DNA of 60,263 nt from Candidatus Binataceae bacterium. Lineage in GTDB: Bacteria; Desulfobacterota; Binatia; Binatales; Binataceae. How positions within the stretch are numbered: the first letter of the stretch is position 1; the number at the start of each line of letters is the position of its first letter. The stretch covers positions 1 through 60,263 of the forward strand of contig DASXMQ010000185.1 in the NCBI GenBank assembly GCA_036495625.1, in the 5' to 3' direction. The position numbers and the translations under genes are program-made. Positions 18,587 through 27,169 of this stretch are shown piece after piece. The notes under the pieces were generated by a model that saw nothing but the letters and a program-made list of their open reading frames with translations, ran no database searches and was not told where the DNA came from.

Positions 18587-19189
18587 TCAGCCTTCATAGG
18601 TGAATGGAGAAAACTGCCCGGTTCTGCCGCTGAGGTCGAGCGTGAAGCCGTGATCGCGAAACTTGAGCTGCTTCGAACGCGAGACGATGCTCGGATGGCC
18701 GGGAGCGATCCCGAGCGGATGATTGCTGATCGTTACATCAGCCCCGCCGGCACCCTCGATCGCTTCGATCTCTGATTCGCCGACGCCCCGGACGATCATG
18801 TTGCGTTTTCGACCGTCTACGTTGTAGGCGATTTCTGCGCTCTTTACACCCAGCACCTTTCCGATCAGCGGATGGAGAGCCGCGGGCACCCCACCTGCCT
18901 GTCCGGAGAAGATTTTGAGGAGAGCGTCGCCCTGTTCGGACGAAGCGCGGGAATCCAGGTACAGGGCGGCGCTCCAGTTGCCCTGAGTCATCGGCCCGGG
19001 CGAATAGAAGAACGCGGCCACGTTTAGTCCATCCAGAGAAGCATCTCCGAATTTGCCGGATTCGATATGCCAGCCGACAAGAACAGTGCAATTTCCCTCG
19101 GTTGGAGGACTCAGAAAGATGCATGGGCACAGGGTCTCGCAGTTACACGTTTCGAAATAATCGCCCTTTGCCTGCCACTTCGGAGCCAT
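18587..19189 (-). CDS. DUF1326 domain protein
   Basis: ORF 18587..19261 trimmed to ATG 19189 (AGGAGAAG SD). N-terminal WQAKGDYFETCNCETLCPC signature. Confidence 0.75.
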   Translation of the reverse strand: MAPKWQAKGDYFETCNCETLCPCIFLSPPTEGNCTVLVGWHIESGKFGDASLDGLNVAAFFYSPGPMTQGNWSAALYLDSRASSEQGDALLKIFSGQAGGVPAALHPLIGKVLGVKSAEIAYNVDGRKRNMIVRGVGESEIEAIEGAGGADVTISNHPLGIAPGHPSIVSRSKQLKFRDHGFTLDLSGRTGQFSPFTYEG

Positions 19190-19341
19190 CGGCTTCTCCT
19201 GCAATTCGTTGCGCGAGCCTCTTTCTGACCCGTCATCCAGATTTCCTATAGGGCGCATCATTATGAGATTGCAAGGTCTGTCTCGTCGGCGCCAATCGCA
19301 TGCCCTGTGTGAAGGCGGCTTGCGTTCCAGAGGGCCGCGGC

Positions 19342-19366
19342 CGATAGTTACGCGCAGATAGTTACG
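19342..19366 (+). promoter_or_regulatory. Direct repeat GATAGTTACG-N4-GATAGTTACG immediately upstream of the SD of the VOC gene
   Basis: Copies at 19343..19352 and 19357..19366, followed by GGAGGAGG and ATG 19381. A related copy CGATAGTTAT lies at 24138..24147, upstream of the SD of the SDR gene at 24166. Confidence 0.3.
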
Positions 19367-19380
19367 GAGGAGGTGACGGT

Positions 19381-19917
19381 ATGCCTTCGTTCGTTCCGAT
19401 CAACGGACTGCATCACTTCGCCTATCGATGCCGCGACGCGGAGGAGACCCGGCATTTCTACGAGGACCTCCTCGGCCTGCCGCTGGTCCACGTTATTCGC
19501 CAGGACCGCGTGCCCAGCACCCAGGAATTCTGCCCGCACGCGCACATTTTCTTTCGCATGACCGACGGCTCGTGCGTCGCGTTTTTCGACCTCGGCGACA
19601 ACCAGAACGCGGCGCCGTCGCCCAACACGCCCGACTGGGTGAATCATCTCGCGCTGCGCGTCGGCTCGCTCGCCGAACTGGAGGCCGCACAGGCGCGGCT
19701 CACCGCCGCCGGAATCGACGTGCTCGGCCCGACCGACCATCACTTCATCAAGTCGATCTATTTCTTCGACCCCAACGGGATTCGCCTCGAGCTGACCACG
19801 CCGACGCTCCCGGAGGCCGATCCGACGCTCCAGAAGTACGAGCGCGACGCCCACGACGAACTCGCCGAGTGGACGCGCGAGAAGAGCCAGCGCCACTCCG
19901 CTCACGCCCGCTCGTAA
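19381..19917 (+). CDS. VOC family protein (glyoxalase/extradiol dioxygenase fold)
   Basis: LHHFAYRCRDAEETRHFYEDLLGLPLV..NHLALRV..SIYFFDPNGIRLEL. Confidence 0.8.
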   Translation: MPSFVPINGLHHFAYRCRDAEETRHFYEDLLGLPLVHVIRQDRVPSTQEFCPHAHIFFRMTDGSCVAFFDLGDNQNAAPSPNTPDWVNHLALRVGSLAELEAAQARLTAAGIDVLGPTDHHFIKSIYFFDPNGIRLELTTPTLPEADPTLQKYERDAHDELAEWTREKSQRHSAHARS

Positions 19918-20007
19918 AGCGGGGGACAAGAGTCGCCTAAAGCGACCGCGCGCGAAGCGATCCTCTATGGGCTTTCAGGCCGGGATGCGCTTTCGGATCG
20001 GTTTCTT

Positions 20008-20889
20008 TCAGATCCCGCTCGCGCGCTCGACCGCTGGCGCCCATCGCCGCAACCATTCGAGCGTTTTTCCGTCCGCGGCCTCTGCAAGCGCCTTCTGCGA
20101 GATTAGGATAAGACGGCTCGCGCCCGCTTCGTGGTAGCGTTTGATTTCATCCGCCGACGGACCATTCTCTCCCGGATCGACCAGCGGCGAGATCGCGATC
20201 GAGCCGGGGTCGCGTCCGCGCTCGGCCGCGAGCCGGCGCAACTCCGCGACGCTCGCCTTCAGCTCCTCGGCGCTCGCAACCAGCGGCATCCATCCGTCAT
20301 ACGTGCGCGCGACGCGCTCGAGCGCCTTGGGGCCGTGCGCTCCCAGCAGCACCGGGGGGCCCGCCTTCTGCACCGGCTTGGGCTCGGAGCGGAGCGGCGC
20401 AAACCTTACCAGCTCGCCCCGGTAGGAAGCTTCGCGCTTGGTCCACAAGACGCGCATCGCTTCGACTCCTTCGCGCGTCCGTTTCCATCGCAGGCCGAAG
20501 TTCGCGCCCATCGCTTCGGTCTCCTCGCGGAGCCATCCGGCGCCGACGCCCAGCAAGAACCGTCCGCCCGAGACGAGGTCGAGGCTCGCCGCCATCTTCG
20601 CCGTAATCAGTGTCTCGCGTTCCGGGACGAGGCAGACGCCGGTGCCGAGTTTGATCTTTTTGGTCACGGCCGCGGCGACGGCGAGCGCGATGAACGGATC
20701 GGCCCATCGCGCATAATGCTCTGGCAGTTTTCCGTCGGGCGTGAAGGGAAACTGCGTCTTCATGCCGATGGGAATCACCGGATGCTCCGCCATCCAGAGC
20801 GATTCGTAACCCGATTGCTCGGCGGCGCGCGCGATCTCGGCAAGGTCGCCGCACTCCGCCGTCGCCGCCATCAGAAAGCCGATGTCCAT
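20008..20889 (-). CDS. LLM-class (luciferase-like) oxidoreductase, F420-dependent type likely
   Basis: ORF 20008..21015 trimmed to ATG 20889 (MDIGFLMAA). ESLWMAEHP, LGTGVCLVPERE, DLVSGGRFLLGVGAGW, GPPVLLGAHGPKALERVARTYDGWMP. F420 versus FMN cannot be settled by eye. Confidence 0.75.
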   Translation of the reverse strand: MDIGFLMAATAECGDLAEIARAAEQSGYESLWMAEHPVIPIGMKTQFPFTPDGKLPEHYARWADPFIALAVAAAVTKKIKLGTGVCLVPERETLITAKMAASLDLVSGGRFLLGVGAGWLREETEAMGANFGLRWKRTREGVEAMRVLWTKREASYRGELVRFAPLRSEPKPVQKAGPPVLLGAHGPKALERVARTYDGWMPLVASAEELKASVAELRRLAAERGRDPGSIAISPLVDPGENGPSADEIKRYHEAGASRLILISQKALAEAADGKTLEWLRRWAPAVERASGI

Positions 20890-21044
20890 GTTCTGTTTCC
20901 TTTTCCCGGTGTGCGCCGAGCGAAATTCGTTCGATTCAGGTTCCCGATATAGCTCAGCGCGCGGAGCTTTGCACGGCGTAGGATCGGCGGGTTTGCCGCG
21001 GCGTGCTCCGGGCATGCTAAATAGCGGTAGGGAGGACAGGCGCG

Positions 21045-21860
21045 ATGGAACTCAAGGGCAAAAACGCGATCGTCACCGGAGCTGCGCGCGGGATCGGACG
21101 CGGGATCGCGCTCAAGCTCGCGGAGGCCGGCGCCAACGTCGCGCTGGTCGATCTCGGGAATCCGCGGGATCCGGCGTTGACCTACAACCTGTCCGCGCAT
21201 GGCGAACTCTTAGGCGCGGTTGACGAGGTAAAGTCCCGCAGCGTCAAGGCCGCGGCAATTCTCGCCGACGTGACGCGCTTTGCCGACTGCGAGCGGATGG
21301 CCGCCGAGACCGTGAAGGCGCTCGGCTCGATCGACGTCCTGGTCAACAACGCGGGCATCATCGCGGCGGGCCCAGTGGCCGAGTTTTCCGAGGAGGCGTG
21401 GGACCGCGTGATGGCGGTCAACGCCAAGGGGCCGTTTCTGTGCGCGAAGGCCGCGATCCCTCATCTGTTGCGCAGCAAGGAAGGCGCGATCGTCAATATC
21501 GCGTCGATCGCGGGCAAGACTTCGCGCGGCGGTCTTTCTGCGTACTGCGCGAGCAAGTTCGCGGTGATGGCGCTGACGCAGGCGCTGGCCGAGGAGCTCG
21601 GCCCGGCCAATATCCGCGTCAACGCCGTATGCCCGGGGCTGCTGCGCACCGCGATGTGGACCGACGTGCTCAACCAGTATCTGAGCAAGGCATGGGGCGG
21701 CAACGCCGAGTCGCTGTTCGACAACACGGTCGGCACGATGTGTTATCTCGGGCGCGAGCAGACGCCCGCCGATATCGGTGAGGCGGTGGTTTACCTGGCC
21801 CGCGCCGACAACGTCACCGGCACTTCGATAGTGGTGGCAGGCGGCGCGGAAATTCACTAG
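21045..21860 (+). CDS. SDR family oxidoreductase
   Basis: TGAARGIGRGIA (TGxxxGxG), NNAGI, catalytic SAYCASK, PGLLRT. Confidence 0.85.
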   Translation: MELKGKNAIVTGAARGIGRGIALKLAEAGANVALVDLGNPRDPALTYNLSAHGELLGAVDEVKSRSVKAAAILADVTRFADCERMAAETVKALGSIDVLVNNAGIIAAGPVAEFSEEAWDRVMAVNAKGPFLCAKAAIPHLLRSKEGAIVNIASIAGKTSRGGLSAYCASKFAVMALTQALAEELGPANIRVNAVCPGLLRTAMWTDVLNQYLSKAWGGNAESLFDNTVGTMCYLGREQTPADIGEAVVYLARADNVTGTSIVVAGGAEIH

Positions 21861-21939
21861 AAGTGAGTTACGAGCGTATCGTGGGCGGCGCAACGCGAAG
21901 GGTTCGCGCGCAAATCCGGCGCCGCCACGGGAGGTCCAG

Positions 21940-22332
21940 ATGCACAAGCCGGTTGACCTGTCCCATTCAGCCTTCAGAATCGCCGACGTCGATAAAAGCC
22001 GCGCCTTCTACGAGAAGGTGCTCGGCCTGAAGCCCATCCCGCGCCCCGATTTCAGCTTCAAGGGCATGTGGTACGGGATCGGCAGTGGCCAGATTCATCT
22101 GATCGTCAGCGAGAAACGCCAGGGTCCCGATCCGACCGGTCCCCATATCGCGATCGAGGTCGAGGATCTCGACGCGACCAAGGCCGAGCTCAAGAAGATG
22201 GGCGTGCCGTTCCTCGACGGCGACGCGATGCGCGCGCAGCTGAAAGCGGAAGACCAGCGCCGCCTCGGCCGCCAGATCTGGGTGCTCGACCCCGACGGCA
22301 ACACGGTCGAGCTGCGCAAGAGCGACGCCTGA
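21940..22332 (+). CDS. VOC family protein (glyoxalase-like)
   Basis: LSHSAFRIADVDKSRAFYEKVLGL..PHIAIEVEDLD..WVLDPDGNTVEL. Confidence 0.8.
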   Translation: MHKPVDLSHSAFRIADVDKSRAFYEKVLGLKPIPRPDFSFKGMWYGIGSGQIHLIVSEKRQGPDPTGPHIAIEVEDLDATKAELKKMGVPFLDGDAMRAQLKAEDQRRLGRQIWVLDPDGNTVELRKSDA

Positions 22333-22540
22333 GCGCACCCGCGCGCGGCTCCCGATTCGCGGCTACGCTACGGTTTTGCCGGTGGCGCATTCCGAGGCGC
22401 GCGCCGGTTGCGCCGGCAAAGGGGGATTCACCTGCCCGGGACGGCCAAGCTCTTCGGGCCGTTTAACGCTCTCCCTCAAGACTGCGAGGGAGGAAGCTAA
22501 AGAATTTTCGCGCCGGGCCGATCAGCCTTGAGGCGTCGTC

Positions 22541-23971
22541 TTACACCCCCGCGAGCTTGCGCGCGTAGGCCGCGACGCTCTTGAAATCGTACTCGCGGTA
22601 GGCCTGGAGCTTCTCCGCCTCGAAACCGCCCTCGGCGTGCACCGCCAGCACTTCCTGATAGCCGCCGAAGTCCGACGCCGTCAGATCGCCGATCAGATTG
22701 AGCAGCCGCAGGCGCTTTTCCGCGTCGAAGCCCTTGGCCCCGCCCATGTACTTCAGCACGTACGCGCGGGTCGCCTCGCTCGTCAGATCTTCGGCGGCGG
22801 GCGCGGTCACCAGCAATCCACCGGCGAGGTCCTGTACGATCTGCACCGCCTGATGGTAGTTGTGCGCGAAGTGGTACTTGGCGATGTTGGTGAGCAGCGT
22901 GTTGGGCACCGCGAGGCCGTCCTCGATCGTGCAGGCGTTGGCCGCGTGCTCGATCAGGCCGCGCACCGTCGCGTGATAAGCCGCCAGATGGGTCAGCTTG
23001 TCGCGCACGTGGGCCGCGCGCAGCACGCCGTTGGCTTCCGCGATCGCGTAGCCGGCCCCCGCCATCAATTCGAGCAGTGGCAGCTTGTACGATACCGCGG
23101 TGAAGCGATGGTACCGGACGAAAGTCAGCGCCAGCAGCCCCGCGAAATCGATCTCCCCGCAGAGGAACACACGATCTTTCGGCACGAAGACGTCATCGAA
23201 CACCGTCAGCGTCTCCATCATCTTGTGCCCGGCGCTCAGCGGATGCTCGAACTGGTTCTTGGGGCTCGAGCCGTGCGGGCTCGCGATGAGCTTCAACCCC
23301 GGCGTGTTGATGGGCAGCGCAAAGGCGACTGCGTACGGCTTGTCCTCGGCCTTCATCGCGCGCGTCGGCAGCACGATGACCTCGTTGGTGTTGGTCGAAA
23401 CCGAGGTGTGGACCTTGGCGCCGCGGACCACGATGCCGTCGGGGCGCTCCTCGACCACGCGCACGTAGTAGTCGGGATGCTCCTGCGCCGTGGGCCCGAG
23501 CGCGCGGTCGCCCTTGACGTCGGTCTGCGCCACCGCGACCGCAAGGTCGTTGTCGCGGCAGTAGCGATGATACTTCGCGATCCGGTCGCGGTATTCGGGC
23601 TTGCCCGCGGCCGCCATCCGCTCGCCCACGATATGCAGCGCGTACAGCGCGTCGGTGCCGATCTCCTTGATCAGCACGACCAGCGTCGCGCCTTCGCGGG
23701 TCGAGGCCGCAATCAGCTCGCTGCGCTTGAGCAGGTCGTCGGAATTGCGCGGCAGATGGAAGTAGCGGCTATATTCGCCGTCGCCGTCGCGCATCACGGC
23801 GAGCCCGCGGTACTTCGGATCCTCGGCCATCCGGTAGTCGATACAGGCGTGCTCGACCGCGATTCCGATCACCGGGTCCCTGGTCACGTCGGCGACCTTC
23901 GCGCCGCGCAGATAAACCGCGCGCCCGTCGCGCAGCGATTCCTTGTACTGCTCCGCCGTCCTAAGTCCCAT
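22541..23971 (-). CDS. 4-hydroxybutyryl-CoA dehydratase / 4-hydroxyphenylacetate 3-hydroxylase (AbfD/HpaB) family flavoenzyme
   Basis: ORF 22541..24196 trimmed to ATG 23971 (MGLRTAEQYKESLRDGR). TDVKGDRALGPTAQEHPDYYVRVVEERPDGIVVRGAKVHTS, VFDDVFVPKDRVFLCGEIDFAG. Colinear with recalled C. aminobutyricum AbfD. Confidence 0.8.
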   Translation of the reverse strand: MGLRTAEQYKESLRDGRAVYLRGAKVADVTRDPVIGIAVEHACIDYRMAEDPKYRGLAVMRDGDGEYSRYFHLPRNSDDLLKRSELIAASTREGATLVVLIKEIGTDALYALHIVGERMAAAGKPEYRDRIAKYHRYCRDNDLAVAVAQTDVKGDRALGPTAQEHPDYYVRVVEERPDGIVVRGAKVHTSVSTNTNEVIVLPTRAMKAEDKPYAVAFALPINTPGLKLIASPHGSSPKNQFEHPLSAGHKMMETLTVFDDVFVPKDRVFLCGEIDFAGLLALTFVRYHRFTAVSYKLPLLELMAGAGYAIAEANGVLRAAHVRDKLTHLAAYHATVRGLIEHAANACTIEDGLAVPNTLLTNIAKYHFAHNYHQAVQIVQDLAGGLLVTAPAAEDLTSEATRAYVLKYMGGAKGFDAEKRLRLLNLIGDLTASDFGGYQEVLAVHAEGGFEAEKLQAYREYDFKSVAAYARKLAGV

Positions 23972-24165
23972 CGCGATTCGTCCCCCTGCTGATTTCACTC
24001 CGCCGCACCCCGCCGAGCGCCGCGCGGCGCTCGACTTGGCCAACTCCGACAGGCCAATATAGGGACCCGCGGCGGCCGCGTCCAACGGACGCGAGGCGGT
24101 ATTGGGCGGGCGCAAAGCAGCCGGCGCGAACATCAATCGATAGTTATTGCCGGAGGGTTCGGGCG

Positions 24166-24969
24166 ATGGCGTTTCCCAAATCGTTCCCCAAAGCATTTCC
24201 CAAGATGTTCGATCTGAGCGGCAAGGTCTCGATCGTCACCGGCGGCAACCGCGGGATCGGGCGCGGACTCGCCTTGGGGCTGGCCGAAGCCGGGGCGGCG
24301 GTCGCGATCCTCGCGCGCGACGAGGAAAAGAGCCGCTCGACGCTCGGGGAACTGCAGGCGCTCGGCGTTCCCGCGATGGCGCTCCAGGTCGATCTCAAGC
24401 AGCGGCGCGAACTCAAGCCCGCCTTCGACGAAGTCGAGCGCAAACTCGGCCCGGTCGATATCATGGTCAACAACGCCGCCTACGCGACGCTCACCAGCGT
24501 GGTGGATACTTCGGAAGAGGACTGGGACGGCGTGCTCGCGGTCAATCTCAACGCGGCGTTCTTCTTTTGCAAGTACGCGGCCCAATCGATGATCAAGCGC
24601 GGCAAGGGCGGCAAGATCATCAACGTCACGAGCCTCGCCTCCGCGTTCGGCAGCGGTGTCTTTCCGTCGTACGCGGTCAGTAAGGGCGGACTCGCGCAGC
24701 TCACGCGCTCGCTCGCGATCGAGCTTGGCCCGCACAATATCCAGGTCAACGCGCTCGCGCCCGGATGGGTCTCGACCGACATGACCGAATGGCTCCGCAG
24801 CGGCCCGGAATACGACTGGCTGCTGAAGGAGATGGTCCAGCGGACGCCGCGCGGACGCTTCGCCGAGGCCGAAGAGCTCAAGGGCGCGGTGATTTTCCTC
24901 GCGTCATCGGCGTCGGACAACATGACCGGCGCGGATTTCCTAATCGACGGCGGGTTTTCTATCCGTTAG
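24166..24969 (+). CDS. SDR family oxidoreductase (paralogue A)
   Basis: TGGNRGIGRGLA, NNAA, PSYAVSKGG, PGWVSTDM. GGAGGG SD before ATG 24166. N-terminus MAFPKSFPKAFPKM is encoded by a 12-bp x3 tandem repeat (24172..24207). Confidence 0.85.
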   Translation: MAFPKSFPKAFPKMFDLSGKVSIVTGGNRGIGRGLALGLAEAGAAVAILARDEEKSRSTLGELQALGVPAMALQVDLKQRRELKPAFDEVERKLGPVDIMVNNAAYATLTSVVDTSEEDWDGVLAVNLNAAFFFCKYAAQSMIKRGKGGKIINVTSLASAFGSGVFPSYAVSKGGLAQLTRSLAIELGPHNIQVNALAPGWVSTDMTEWLRSGPEYDWLLKEMVQRTPRGRFAEAEELKGAVIFLASSASDNMTGADFLIDGGFSIR

Positions 24970-25124
24970 CGACGCTGCCTGACTCTGCTGCACACTTATT
25001 CATCGATCCCACGGCGCGGACTTTTTGATCGACGGCGCGTACTCGATAAGATAACGAGAGCAGGCGCGCTCTGTTTCCGCCAGCTTCCCGCGCGGTCACG
25101 GGGACTGCGTCAAAGCTGCGCTTC

Positions 25125-26363
25125 GTGCGTGTGCGAGGAGGGGAGTACCCTGGTAACTCCTTGGTTTCGGTGCGAACCAGCCGACAAATCGATCCAAAGC
25201 AGCCTCGACGCGCATCGACGGACAGGCTGCCGGGCCTGGACCTTCTGCGCGCGATCGCGATTCTCTGGGTGATGGATTTCCACGCGCAGGCCTTCCGGAT
25301 CGTGGCGAGCTCCGACGACGTGGCGAGATTCGGCTGGATGGGCGTCGATTTGTTTTTCGCGCTGAGCGGGTTTCTGATCGGTGGCCAGCTTTTGCGGCCG
25401 CTCAGCAAGGGGCAGGCGCTGCGGCCCGTGACGTTTTACGTGCGCAGGCTCTTCCGGACGCTGCCGCCGTATCTCGCCGTCGTGACTTTGTATTTCATGG
25501 TGCCCGTATTTCGCGAGTCTCCCAGGATAGCGCCGCTATGGCAGTTTCTAACCTTCACCGAGAACCTGTTCGTCGAATCCCACCATGCCCGGGCCTTCTC
25601 GCATGCGTGGTCGCTGTGCATCGAGGAGCAATTCTATCTCGTGGCGCCTTTGGCGGCATATCTACTGGCGCGCCGTCGGGCCGGCTGGAAGGTCGTCACC
25701 GTATGCGTTTCGATCGTGCTCGGCGGGGCGCTGTTGCGCGCCGCGATCTGGCTTCACGCGCTCGCGCCTATGGCCGATGTGATGCATGGATACGGCATGC
25801 TCTTTCAGCGTTGGGTCGAGCTCATACACTACCCCACCTGGACCCGGCTCGACGGGCTTTTGGCGGGCGTCGTCGTCGCCATGTTCAAAAGCTTCCGCCC
25901 GGGCGTATGGAACATTTTTATGCGCCGCGGGAATTTGCTTTTGGGCGGCGCTCTCCCCTGTCTCGCCATCGCGATCTGTCTCTTCCGCGATCAGAGTGCG
26001 TTCCTACCCTCCGTTATCGGCTACCCAATCCTCTCGCTCGGCATGGGATGCCTGGTTGCCGCAGGCGCGAGCCCCTCGAGCCTGATAGGCCGCGTAGCAC
26101 TTCCGGGAGCGGGCGCTGTCGCCGCGATGGCCTATAGTCTCTACCTGACCCACAAGGGGGTCTATCATCTCGTCGGCCTGGTGGCAGGCCAAAGCCTGGC
26201 GGGTCATTACATCCTGGCAATCGTGGTTTACGGCGGGGCTGCGCTGCTCGGCGGCGCAGTGCTTTACGCATCGGTCGAGCGCCCCGCACTGCTTCTACGC
26301 GATCGTTTTCTGCCGCGAGAGCCGGCGGCCGTGCCGCGACCCGCACTAAAGCAGCTTGCTTAG
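25125..26363 (+). CDS. Acyltransferase family 3 (OafA/YrhL-like) integral membrane protein
   Basis: LPGLDLLRAIAILWVM..GVDLFFALSGFLI..FYVRRLFRTLPPY..HAWSLCIEEQFYL. Multiple TM segments. Start codon uncertain (GTG 25125). Confidence 0.75.
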   Translation: MRVRGGEYPGNSLVSVRTSRQIDPKQPRRASTDRLPGLDLLRAIAILWVMDFHAQAFRIVASSDDVARFGWMGVDLFFALSGFLIGGQLLRPLSKGQALRPVTFYVRRLFRTLPPYLAVVTLYFMVPVFRESPRIAPLWQFLTFTENLFVESHHARAFSHAWSLCIEEQFYLVAPLAAYLLARRRAGWKVVTVCVSIVLGGALLRAAIWLHALAPMADVMHGYGMLFQRWVELIHYPTWTRLDGLLAGVVVAMFKSFRPGVWNIFMRRGNLLLGGALPCLAIAICLFRDQSAFLPSVIGYPILSLGMGCLVAAGASPSSLIGRVALPGAGAVAAMAYSLYLTHKGVYHLVGLVAGQSLAGHYILAIVVYGGAALLGGAVLYASVERPALLLRDRFLPREPAAVPRPALKQLA

Positions 26364-26392
26364 CTCGGAGCGCGGTCGCCAGAGGGGAGGAG

Positions 26393-27166
26393 ATGCGGTC
26401 TATGCCTGCGCCTGAGATGTTCAACCTTGACGGCCGCGTCGCCGTGGTTACGGGCGGCAACGGCGGTATCGGCCGCGGGATCGCGCTCGGGCTCGCGGGG
26501 GCCGGCGCCGCGGTGGCGGTGCTGGCGCGCAACGAGGAGAAGAACAAAGCCGTCCTCGGCGAACTGCGCGCACTCGGCTCTACGTCGATCGCGCTTGGGC
26601 TCGACGTGACAGATCGCGCCGCGCTAGCGCCCGCGATGGCCGAAGTCGAGCGCAAGCTCGGCCCGGTCGATATCCTGGTCAACAACGCGGGCATCGCGCT
26701 TGCGGGCGGCGTGCTCAAGCTTGACGCCGCGGCATGGGACCGCGTGATCGAAACCAATCTCAACTCGAGCTTTCTGCTCGCGCAGATCGCGGCGCGCTCG
26801 ATGGCGCCGCGTCGGCGAGGCAAGATTATCAATATCGCGAGCGAGTATTCTCACTTCGGCAATCCGATCCTGCCCTCGTATGCCGCCTCCAAGGGCGGGC
26901 TTGTCCAACTGACCAAATCGATGGCGGTCGAGCTGGCGGCGCACAATATTCAGGTCAACGCGCTGGTGCCTGGATGGATCGACAGCGATCTGACCGCGCC
27001 GATGAAAGGCCGTCCTTTTTACGACGAGGTCGTGAAGCGCACGCCGGCCGGCCGCTTCGGCACGCCCGAGGAATGCGCGGGCGCGGCGGTGTTTCTCGCC
27101 TCCCGGGCTTCCGATTTCGTGACGGGTGCGACCGTCGTCGTGGACGGCGGCTACGCGGTGCGCTGA
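26393..27166 (+). CDS. SDR family oxidoreductase (paralogue B)
   Basis: TGGNGGIGRGIA, EVERKLGPVDILVNNAG, PSYAASKGG, PGWIDSDL. Long identical runs shared with the SDR at 24166. Confidence 0.85.
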   Translation: MRSMPAPEMFNLDGRVAVVTGGNGGIGRGIALGLAGAGAAVAVLARNEEKNKAVLGELRALGSTSIALGLDVTDRAALAPAMAEVERKLGPVDILVNNAGIALAGGVLKLDAAAWDRVIETNLNSSFLLAQIAARSMAPRRRGKIINIASEYSHFGNPILPSYAASKGGLVQLTKSMAVELAAHNIQVNALVPGWIDSDLTAPMKGRPFYDEVVKRTPAGRFGTPEECAGAAVFLASRASDFVTGATVVVDGGYAVR

Positions 27167-27169
27167 GCG

